A DNA stretch of 37,235 bases from Candidatus Woesearchaeota archaeon. Its GTDB lineage: Archaea; Nanobdellota; Nanobdellia; SCGC-AAA011-G17; JAGVZH01. The stretch spans positions 1-37,235 of the forward strand of contig JAGVZH010000014.1 in assembly GCA_018302745.1 (NCBI GenBank), read 5' to 3'. This document shows, piece by piece, positions 16,050 to 23,367 of the stretch. Under the pieces are notes generated by a model. It saw nothing but the letters and a program-made list of their open reading frames with translations, searched no databases and had not been told where the DNA came from. Both the position numbers and the translations under genes were made by a program. Positions within the stretch are counted from its first letter, which is position 1. Every line of letters starts with the position of its first letter.

Positions 16050-17351
16050 TTGAATTTTATGTCAAAAGAAGGTGATATAGTAGAAGTAATAAAATCAGAT
16101 AATAGCAAGATAAAAGGAATTCTGATGCATTCCCATTCTAAAGATTCTAATGTAGTAAAGTTATCTTCCGGTTATAATCTAGCTATTAATAAAAACAAAA
16201 TAAAAAATATTACAATTTTAAAAAAACTTTCCAAAAATAAAAAAGAAAAGATAAAAATCAAGCATAAAAAAGGATTAAAAACTGTTGCAGTTTTGCATAC
16301 AGGAGGGACAATTGCTTCAGAAGTTGATTATGAAACTGGTGCTGTAACGCCAAGATTCTCTCCTGAAGAACTAATTGAAATGTTTCCTGAAATAGAGGAG
16401 ATTATTAATGTTAAATCAAGGCTAATTGCAAATATTTCTTCTGAAGACATGAACTTCTCTCATTATAATTTACTAGCAAAAGAGATTGAAAAGGAAGTTA
16501 AGGAAAAAGTTGATGGCATTATAATAACTCACGGCACAGATACAATGCATTATACTTCTGCTGCTTTATCATTTATCCTTGAGAATTTAGACATCCCAGT
16601 TGTTTTAGTAGGCTCACAAAGGTCTTCTGACAGGGGCTCAACAGACGCGAAAATAAATTTAATTTCTGCAGCTAGGTTTATTGCTGAAACAGATTTTTCA
16701 GAAGTCACAATCTGCATGCATGAAAATATGGAAGACAAAACATGCTTAATTTTTCCTGCATGTAAAGTCAGAAAGATGCACACTTCAAGAAGAGATGCTT
16801 TCAAGACAGTTAATGTAAAGCCGTGGGCAAGAGTTCATTACAAAGACAGAGTTGAAATCTTAGACAGCAGATTCAGGAAAAAGGAGAATAGAAAATTAAA
16901 ATTAAATTTATTCAAGGAAAATTTGAAGGTTGGATTTCTAAAGGCCCACCCAAATATGAAAGCTGATGAAATCAGGATGTATTCAAATTTTGACGGTTTG
17001 GTTTTAGAAGGATATGGAATGGCAGGAAATCTCCCTATAAACAAAACAGACAAATTAACTGCAGAAAATGAAATGATATTAAATGAATTGAAGAAATTGG
17101 CTTCAAAAATTCCTGTTTTAGCAGTTTCTCAGACAATATTTGGAAAGATAAACATGAATGTTTACTCTACTGGAAGATTAATGCAGGAAATTGGAATTTT
17201 GGGAAATTTATTGGATATGACTCCAGAAACAGCTTTTATTAAATTAGCTTGGTTATTAAGCAATCATCCAACACAAGTAAAAGAACTTCTATCCCATAAT
17301 TTAAGGGGAGAACTATCAATAAGATTAAATGAAACTGATTTTATAGAATAA
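16050..17351 (+). CDS. gatD: Glu-tRNA(Gln) amidotransferase subunit D
   Basis: 433 aa. It has an N-terminal beta-domain then an asparaginase-like core (LHTGGTIAS, HGTDTM). The start could instead be the ATG at 16059. Confidence 0.88.
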   Translation: MNFMSKEGDIVEVIKSDNSKIKGILMHSHSKDSNVVKLSSGYNLAINKNKIKNITILKKLSKNKKEKIKIKHKKGLKTVAVLHTGGTIASEVDYETGAVTPRFSPEELIEMFPEIEEIINVKSRLIANISSEDMNFSHYNLLAKEIEKEVKEKVDGIIITHGTDTMHYTSAALSFILENLDIPVVLVGSQRSSDRGSTDAKINLISAARFIAETDFSEVTICMHENMEDKTCLIFPACKVRKMHTSRRDAFKTVNVKPWARVHYKDRVEILDSRFRKKENRKLKLNLFKENLKVGFLKAHPNMKADEIRMYSNFDGLVLEGYGMAGNLPINKTDKLTAENEMILNELKKLASKIPVLAVSQTIFGKINMNVYSTGRLMQEIGILGNLLDMTPETAFIKLAWLLSNHPTQVKELLSHNLRGELSIRLNETDFIE

Positions 17352-17352
17352 A

Positions 17353-18714
17353 ATGAATTTTAATAAGAATTTAAAAGATTATGCAAGGAGTATTATTCCA
17401 ATATACACAAAAGAATTAATTGATTTGGTTAAGATTCCAAGCATAAGCCATGGAAATAAAAACAAAAAAGATCTTCTAAATATCCTAAAGAAAATATCAA
17501 AAACAACAAAAAAATACGGCTTTAAAACAAAAATAATAGAGACAAAAGGGAACCCAGTTTTTGTGGGAATTTTAGAAACAGGAAAGAAAAAGCCATGGCT
17601 GACAATATACAATCATTTGGATGTCCAGCCTGCAAAGGAAAAAGAATGGAAAACAAATCCTTTTAAGCCAATTGTAAAACAAGGAAAAGTAATAGGCAGG
17701 GGTACAACAGATGACAAAGGACCTGCTTTAACAATCATCCATGCTATAAACTTTCTAAAAAAATACAATTATGAAATGCCAAACATACAATTAATTTATG
17801 AAACAGAAGAAGAAATTGGCAGCCCTAATTTTGGCTCTTTTCTTAAAAAAAATAAGCTAAAAACTCCTGACTCAATTTTAATTTCAGATACTTTGTTTCA
17901 GGGAAAAAATCCATCTTTAACATACAGATTGAGAGGGATTCAGGTTTTAGAATTAGAACTAGAAACCGGCAAAAAAGAGCTTCATTCAGGTGTTTTGGGA
18001 AATGCAGTAAAAAACCCTTTAAACATTTTAATTGATGCTTTGTCAAAATGTGTGGATGAAAAAAGGAATGTGTTGATACCAGGATTTTATGATAATGTTA
18101 AAAAGATAAAAGGAAGAGAATTAAAGGAATTAAAAAACGTTGCAAAAAGATTCAGCCTAAAAAAATTTAAAGATGATACTAAAGCTGAATTATATGAAGA
18201 AAATCCTCTGAAATTATTATTCAACATCTGGTATAAGCCAAGTTTTGAAATTCACGGCTTTGAAGGCATCCAGTATGAGCCCAATGTTATCAAGACTTCT
18301 ATTCCGAATAAAGTTAAGGCTAAAGTTACTATTAGATTAGTTCCTGGACAAAAACCAAAAGAAATAGTTAAAAAACTGCAAAAACATGTTAAAAAAATTC
18401 ATCCAAAAATCAAAGTTATTACTCTGGATAGTGTAGAGGCAAGTGTAACAGATATTAATAATAAATTTATGGTTAAGGCAAAAGAAGCCTGTAAGTATGG
18501 ATTTAACTTAGAGCCGTTATTTGTTGCAACAGGAGGGACAATTGGATCTGTTCATCATTTTCAGAAAGCTTACAAAAAGCCAATAATACTAATAGCCCAA
18601 AGCTTATTGTCAGATGGCTATCATGCCCCAAATGAGTATTTTTCATTAAAACAGGCTGAAAAAGGTATAAAAACAATGGCAAAATACATTAATAGCATAG
18701 CTGATTTTGATTAA
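17353..18714 (+). CDS. M20-family metallopeptidase (dipeptidase-like)
   Basis: 453 aa. YNHLDVQPA...W..NPF and GRGTTDDKGP are typical of M20/ArgE/DapE/CPG2-type enzymes. Confidence 0.8.
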   Translation: MNFNKNLKDYARSIIPIYTKELIDLVKIPSISHGNKNKKDLLNILKKISKTTKKYGFKTKIIETKGNPVFVGILETGKKKPWLTIYNHLDVQPAKEKEWKTNPFKPIVKQGKVIGRGTTDDKGPALTIIHAINFLKKYNYEMPNIQLIYETEEEIGSPNFGSFLKKNKLKTPDSILISDTLFQGKNPSLTYRLRGIQVLELELETGKKELHSGVLGNAVKNPLNILIDALSKCVDEKRNVLIPGFYDNVKKIKGRELKELKNVAKRFSLKKFKDDTKAELYEENPLKLLFNIWYKPSFEIHGFEGIQYEPNVIKTSIPNKVKAKVTIRLVPGQKPKEIVKKLQKHVKKIHPKIKVITLDSVEASVTDINNKFMVKAKEACKYGFNLEPLFVATGGTIGSVHHFQKAYKKPIILIAQSLLSDGYHAPNEYFSLKQAEKGIKTMAKYINSIADFD

Positions 18715-18911
18715 ACTCTGACTTCCAGTTCTTTTAGTCTTTCTTTTAATCCTTTTATAATTGTCTGACCTAAATAAATATATTCTTTTTTCAAATGAGA
18801 AGAGTTTTTTAATACATTCTCAATTCCTTTAATCTCTGCTTCTATAGCTCCAGGGACTTCCCACAGATCCTTGCACACTTTTTCTGCTACTTTATATTCC
18901 TTGCTTGCCAT
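18711..18911 (-). CDS. Hypothetical small protein
   Basis: 66-aa ORF. It is convergent with the M20 gene, and the two stop codons share one TTAA. Confidence 0.4.
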   Translation of the reverse strand: MASKEYKVAEKVCKDLWEVPGAIEAEIKGIENVLKNSSHLKKEYIYLGQTIIKGLKERLKELEVRV

Positions 18912-18970
18912 AATATGGCTATGTTTAAATAATATATAAGCTTTATTAAACTATGATATAGATAAAAATA

Positions 18971-19546
18971 TTATTTTATAATTATTACCGCATAACCTGA
19001 TCCATGTTCATAAACGTTGACATTATATTTACGGAATAATTTTTTAATTTCCTCTGGTGGAAAAAATATACAGCCTTTTTTCCTCTCAAAGAGTTCTGCC
19101 ATACGTCCTAAAAACCATTTATTGGGATTTAAGTCTATAATAATAATTTTCCTGTTTTTCTTCACAACTCTTATCATCTCTTTAGATATTTTTTCATATA
19201 AATTTATTTTATTTTTTTCTGAACCTTCGCTGAAATGATGAAAAGAAGCTACACAATAAACTAAATCAAATGTATTATTCCCATAAGGTATTTTGTCTGC
19301 TTTTCCAAGCTTTTTAACAATTCTTTTATCCCTGACCAAATCCAACATTTCTTTTGAAGGATCTAAAATAACTGTCTTATAGCCATTCTTAGCAAAAAAT
19401 TCGGCAATTCTTCCTTCTCCGCCACCCAAATCAAGAACCTTGCCTTTTTCCAGATTAAGAATGCTTCTTAAAGCTTTATAGGTTTTTCCAGATCTTCCAA
19501 ATATCCTTAAAAAAATAGAATGCATCCTGGCACTAATTTTATTCAT
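18971..19546 (-). CDS. Class I SAM-dependent methyltransferase
   Basis: 191 aa. Motif I is VLDLGGGEGRIAEFF, with post-I ILDPS. Confidence 0.8.
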   Translation of the reverse strand: MNKISARMHSIFLRIFGRSGKTYKALRSILNLEKGKVLDLGGGEGRIAEFFAKNGYKTVILDPSKEMLDLVRDKRIVKKLGKADKIPYGNNTFDLVYCVASFHHFSEGSEKNKINLYEKISKEMIRVVKKNRKIIIIDLNPNKWFLGRMAELFERKKGCIFFPPEEIKKLFRKYNVNVYEHGSGYAVIIIK

Positions 19547-19580
19547 CCTTAAATTTATATACTAAAGCTATATAAATCAT

Positions 19581-19664
19581 ATGGTGATTTCAATAAAAGA
19601 ATTCTTAAACAAAATCAAATGGTCTAATGAGTTTGACAAGGAAAATATTACCAGGAAATACTGA
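19581..19664 (+). pseudogene. 5' part of a DUF504/UPF0248 (MJ1316-like) gene, interrupted by foreign DNA
   Basis: MVISIKEFLNKIKWSNEFDKENI is the typical family N-terminus (..LNKIKW..). It then runs into compositionally different sequence and stops at 19662-19664. Confidence 0.6.
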
Positions 19665-19846
19665 AGAATTCCCAGAGGATAAAAGAAAAGCTTTCAGAGA
19701 GCGAGGAGATTGTAAAACGGCTCAACAAACTCAAAATAGAGGAAGAAAAAGAGTTTGAGAACTGGTGCGCCCAGCTTGAGGACATAGAAAGAAAACTGAA
19801 CTATCTCGACAGGGTAATTTTTGAAGAGGGAGGGATGGCGAGATGA
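19655..19846 (+). pseudogene. 3' fragment of a coiled-coil protein gene (no start), inside the foreign block
   Basis: The frame is open from 19637 with no ATG. It reads ...EILKNSQRIKEKLSESEEIVKRLNKLKIEEEKEFENWCAQLEDIERKLNYLDRVIFEEGGMAR*. Codon usage is richer in G/C-ending codons. Confidence 0.45.
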
Positions 19847-19950
19847 ACGGAAGAGCGGAGATGCCTGTTTTTGTAAAGATTGGGGAGTACAAGGACATTA
19901 TGGACATTCTTCATCTCACCACCGCGGACGTGTCGGAGTGGTCAAACTAA
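19843..19950 (+). pseudogene. Short ORF (35 aa), probably a truncated gene start, running into the tRNA
   Basis: MNGRAEMPVFVKIGEYKDIMDILHLTTADVSEWSN. It overlaps the preceding fragment by ATGA. Its last 27 nt are the 5' end of the tRNA, so it is unlikely to be intact. Confidence 0.3.
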
Positions 19951-20087
19951 ACATTGTTTGGCAGGATAGGTGCTAAACATCTAAACTCAAGTTATTTGAG
20001 TGATGAGGCTTCACAAAGGCCGATGAAATGCTCTATGGGCCATCTGTTGGCTTAGTGCCTACGCAGGTTCAAATCCTGCCGTCCGCA
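19924..20087 (+). tRNA. Intron-containing class II tRNA, probably tRNA-Leu (CAA); the fold is only partly resolved
   Basis: The acceptor is perfect (GCGGACG / CGTCCGC) with discriminator A. The T arm is GCAGG TTCAAAT CCTGC. The variable arm T GGC TTAGT GCC TAC parallels the native tRNA-Leu. The D-loop motif AGTGGTCAAA is present. CTCAAG (19986-19991) pairs through CTCA with TGGG (20036-20039), followed by a 3-nt bulge, as expected for a 37/38 intron. About 80 nt are extra. Confidence 0.6.
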
Positions 20088-20133
20088 TTTTATATTAGAA
20101 AATTATATAAACCGGGAATGATTTTCCTTTACC

Positions 20134-20694
20134 ATGGCATTAAGCACATTAACAGTAACATTAATTGTTCTTGGGGCCATAGTTTTGTTTATCATACTCC
20201 TTTTCAATGCGCTGATAAGGCTCAAGAACCAGATAGAAAACTCATGGGCGCAGATAGATGTCCAGCTTAAGAGAAGGGCTGACCTTATCCCGAATCTTGT
20301 AAATTCCGTAAAAGGATACATGAAGCATGAAAAAGGAGTTCTTGAATCTGTGACAAAAGCAAGAACCTCTTTCCTTAATGCAGGGGCTGACATGGGCAAG
20401 AAAGCAAAGTCATCCGACATGCTCAGCAATGCACTGAAATCATTGTTTGCAGTAAGCGAGAACTACCCCAAACTGCAGGCGTCGCAGAATTTCCTACAGT
20501 TGCAGGAGGAGATTACAGGAACAGAAAACAAAATATCCTATGCAAGGCAGCATTACAATGACATGGTGATGCATTTCAATACCAAACTGCAGACATTCCC
20601 AAACAACACGATTGCAGGAATGCTTCACTTTACAAAAAAACAGATGTTTGAAGCAGAAGCTTCTGAGAGGAAAAACATAAAAGTTGAGTTCTGA
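20134..20694 (+). CDS. lemA: LemA-family protein
   Basis: 186 aa. It has an N-terminal TM helix, then NSWAQIDVQLKRRADLIPNLV...YPKLQASQNF..LQ..L...EN.I...R..YN, the classic LemA pattern. Confidence 0.85.
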   Translation: MALSTLTVTLIVLGAIVLFIILLFNALIRLKNQIENSWAQIDVQLKRRADLIPNLVNSVKGYMKHEKGVLESVTKARTSFLNAGADMGKKAKSSDMLSNALKSLFAVSENYPKLQASQNFLQLQEEITGTENKISYARQHYNDMVMHFNTKLQTFPNNTIAGMLHFTKKQMFEAEASERKNIKVEF

Positions 20695-21542
20695 TGATAA
20701 TAGCCTTTGATGAGGTTAGAAACAATAAGATTAAGTCTGTCATTCTTATTTCATTTTTTATAATTCTTATAGGTTTTTTTGGGGCTGTGCTGGGGCTTTA
20801 TTATGGTAGCATTTATTTTGGATTGATATTCTCAATCATTGCAGGAATAATCTACACATTGCTTGTCTTTAACGCCGGCTCCAATATGATTCTTTCAATG
20901 AGCGGAGCCAAGCCTGTGACCAAGCAGGAATATCCTCATTTATACCATACTGTTGAAGGTCTAGCAGTTGCTGCCGGCCTGCCAAAACCAAAATGCTACA
21001 TTATTGAGGACAGCGCATTAAATGCTTTTGCAACAGGAAAAGACCCGAAGCATGCATCAATTACAGTAACAACAGGATTATTGAGCAAGCTAAAAAGACA
21101 GGAATTGGAAGGGGTAATCGGCCATGAGATGAGCCACATAAAGAACTACGACATCCGCTTCATGATGCTTGTTACTGTGCTTATCGGTGTTGTTACCTTT
21201 ATGAGTGATTTCCTGCTGAGGTCTTTCCTCTGGGGTGGCCATGGTAGAAGAAGGGACAGCGGCTCTATCGGAATAATTTTAATTTTGATTGGGATAGTAT
21301 TGGCAATACTCTCACCGCTGATAGGATATATGATAAGAGCTGCAATCAGCAGGAAAAGGGAGTTTGCAGCAGATGCCAGCGGGGCTGTACTGACAAGATA
21401 TCCTCCTGGTTTAGCTGATGCACTCGAAAAAATAAGCGGGGATCCGGACCCATTGGTTGACAAGGCAAACAAGGCAACCGCGCATTTGTTTATCTCGACA
21501 CCCATATATTCGCAACCCACCCTCCGATTCATGAAAGAATAA
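20694..21542 (+). CDS. htpX: HtpX-type M48 zinc protease, frameshifted at the 3' end
   Basis: 282 aa in the track. It has HEMSHIKNYD (HExxH) and EFAADASGA. The canonical C-terminus FATHPPIHERIKRLRAM* is encoded in the +1 frame at 21509-21562. It overlaps lemA as TGATG. Confidence 0.8.
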   Translation: MIIAFDEVRNNKIKSVILISFFIILIGFFGAVLGLYYGSIYFGLIFSIIAGIIYTLLVFNAGSNMILSMSGAKPVTKQEYPHLYHTVEGLAVAAGLPKPKCYIIEDSALNAFATGKDPKHASITVTTGLLSKLKRQELEGVIGHEMSHIKNYDIRFMMLVTVLIGVVTFMSDFLLRSFLWGGHGRRRDSGSIGIILILIGIVLAILSPLIGYMIRAAISRKREFAADASGAVLTRYPPGLADALEKISGDPDPLVDKANKATAHLFISTPIYSQPTLRFMKE

Positions 21543-21595
21543 AGAGACTCAGGGCGATGTAGACAAATAGATTTTTATATAATCGCTTTTCTATA

Positions 21596-21808
21596 ATGCT
21601 TATAACTCTGAAAATCTGCGCAGTAAGCGGCCACAGTGAAATAGGCAGGAATACGACTGCTGTGAAAGTTGACGATGAAGTTGTAATTCTCGACATGGGC
21701 CTGCACCTTCCAAACTATATCAAGTACACCGAAGAAGGCATGGAGGAAGTTGTGAAGGCAAGCAATAATGCTTTGAGGAAAGTCAATGCCATTCCTAATG
21801 ATAAGATT
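21596..21808 (+). pseudogene. 5' fragment of an archaeal RNase J (beta-CASP/metallo-beta-lactamase) gene
   Basis: MLITLKICAVSGHSEIGRNTTAVKVDDEVVILDMGLHLP....AIPNDKII matches the RNase J N-terminus. It ends before the HxHxDH motif, where composition drops back to native. Confidence 0.55.
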
Positions 21809-21973
21809 ATAAAAGACAGGTTAGAAAAAAAGCTAAAGCCTTTAAAGCTTAAGGAAATAAAGATAGAAGGAAACTTTTTAATACATGAAGAATCTGAAAT
21901 ACCTTTACGTAGGATAAAAGAAGTAAAAGAAAGAGGTAAAATAATATGGAGAAGGTCAATTACGAAAAATTAG
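21806..21973 (+). pseudogene. 3' part of the interrupted DUF504/UPF0248 gene
   Basis: ...KDRLEKKLKPLKLKEIKIEGNFLIHEESEIPLRRIKEVKERGKIIWRRSITKN carries the family C-terminal signature IP.(H/R)RI..(I/V)...G..IW.R. The track fuses it in frame to the RNase J fragment as ORF 21596..21973. Confidence 0.6.
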
Positions 21974-23367
21974 GTTTTAAGTGTGGTATTGAAATCCATC
22001 AACAAATTGAAAGCCACAAATTATTCTGCAAATGCCCTTCTCTAGTAAATGATCCTAATGAAGAAAAAATAACTATTCAGAGATATTTAAGAGCTCCGGC
22101 AGGAGAAACAGGGCATATTGATATAGCAGCATTGCATGAATTAAAAAAAGGAAAATACTTTGTTTATGAAGCAAAACCAACTTCTAGCTGCCAAGTTGAG
22201 TTAGATGAATCACCGCCAGAAGAAATAAATCATGATGCATTAGAAACATCTTTGCAGGTAGCTTTAATTTTAAATTGTGATTTAGTAGATGAAGTAATAT
22301 TTATGAGAAAAACAGTAATTGATGGCAGCAATACCTCTGGATTCCAAAGAACAGCTTTAATCGGATTAAATGGTTATGTAAATACATCAAAAGGAAAGGT
22401 AAAAGTAGAAACAGTCTGTTTAGAAGAAGAATCAGCTAAAAAAATAAATGAGGATGAAAAATCAGCAAATTATAGCTTAGACAGACTTGGTGTTCCTTTA
22501 ATAGAAATTGCAACAGATGCTTCAATAAAAGACCCGGAGCATTGCAAAGAAGTTGCTTCTTACTTAGGGATGGTTTTGAGGTCAACTGGAAAAGTTAAGA
22601 GAGGTTTAGGCACTATAAGGCAGGATGTTAATTTATCAATAAAAGGCTCTTCAAGAGTTGAATTAAAGGGTTTTCAGGATTTAAGATCAATACCAAAAGT
22701 AATTGAAAATGAAGTTAAAAGATTAACAAGATTAAAAGACCATAAGCCTGAAGTGAGAAAAGTAGAGCCGAATTTTATGTCTATATTTTTAAGACCAATG
22801 CCTGGTTCATCAAGGATGTATCCTGAAACTGATATAAAGGAGATTTCAATAACAAAAGATTTACTGGCAAAAATTTCTATTCCTGAATTAATAGATGAGA
22901 AAGCATTAAAATTAGAAAAAGAATATAATTTAAATTCTTATTTGGCGAGAGAGTTGATAAAATCTAATGTTAATTTTGATTTATACAAAACAAAGTTTGA
23001 AAAATTACTGCCTTCTTTAATAGCTTCAATACTTGTAGAAATTCCAAAGGAAATAAAAACCAGGTTTAATCTTGATTATAAATTTAAGGAATCTGATTTT
23101 GATTTTGTTTTAAGTGCATTAAATCATGGAAGAATCCCAAAAGACTCTGCTTTGGAAATATTAACAGAGATAGCAAAAGGAAAAAGACCAAATTTAGACA
23201 AATACACATCTGTTGATGAAAAAGAGCTTGAAAATTATATCAAAGAACTGGTAAAGAAAAACAAAGAACTTTCTATAAATGCATTAATGGGTATGGTAAT
23301 GAAACACTATAAAGGCTCTGTAGAAGGCAGTTTAGCTATGAAAATATTAAAAAAATATCATAAATGA
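21946..23367 (+). CDS. gatE: Glu-tRNA(Gln) amidotransferase subunit E (short form)
   Basis: 473 aa. It has LGFKCGIEIHQQIESHKLFCKCPS, GTIRQDVNLSI, RPMPGSSRMYPETD and a YqeY-like tail. It is about 140 aa shorter than the GatE proteins I know of. Confidence 0.85.
   Translation: MEKVNYEKLGFKCGIEIHQQIESHKLFCKCPSLVNDPNEEKITIQRYLRAPAGETGHIDIAALHELKKGKYFVYEAKPTSSCQVELDESPPEEINHDALETSLQVALILNCDLVDEVIFMRKTVIDGSNTSGFQRTALIGLNGYVNTSKGKVKVETVCLEEESAKKINEDEKSANYSLDRLGVPLIEIATDASIKDPEHCKEVASYLGMVLRSTGKVKRGLGTIRQDVNLSIKGSSRVELKGFQDLRSIPKVIENEVKRLTRLKDHKPEVRKVEPNFMSIFLRPMPGSSRMYPETDIKEISITKDLLAKISIPELIDEKALKLEKEYNLNSYLARELIKSNVNFDLYKTKFEKLLPSLIASILVEIPKEIKTRFNLDYKFKESDFDFVLSALNHGRIPKDSALEILTEIAKGKRPNLDKYTSVDEKELENYIKELVKKNKELSINALMGMVMKHYKGSVEGSLAMKILKKYHK

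Noticed and set aside
20000-20006. A C-box-like GTGATGA (plus a CGATGAA at 20021-20027) inside the putative tRNA intron, suggesting an intron-encoded box C/D guide RNA as in euryarchaeal pre-tRNA-Trp.
   Set aside because: No CTGA D or D' box is present anywhere in the 164 nt, so a k-turn cannot be formed.
20031-20037. CTCTATG read as an anticodon loop with CUA (an amber-suppressor or pyrrolysine-type tRNA).
   Set aside because: Position 37 would be a pyrimidine and no flanking 5-bp stem exists. The long variable arm and large D loop are the opposite of tRNA-Pyl architecture.
21596-21973. The 125-aa ORF taken as one genuine gene.
   Set aside because: Its first ~70 residues are an RNase J N-terminus in foreign composition. 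Its last ~55 residues are the C-terminus of the native DUF504 gene whose start is at 19581. It is an accidental in-frame fusion across the insertion junction.
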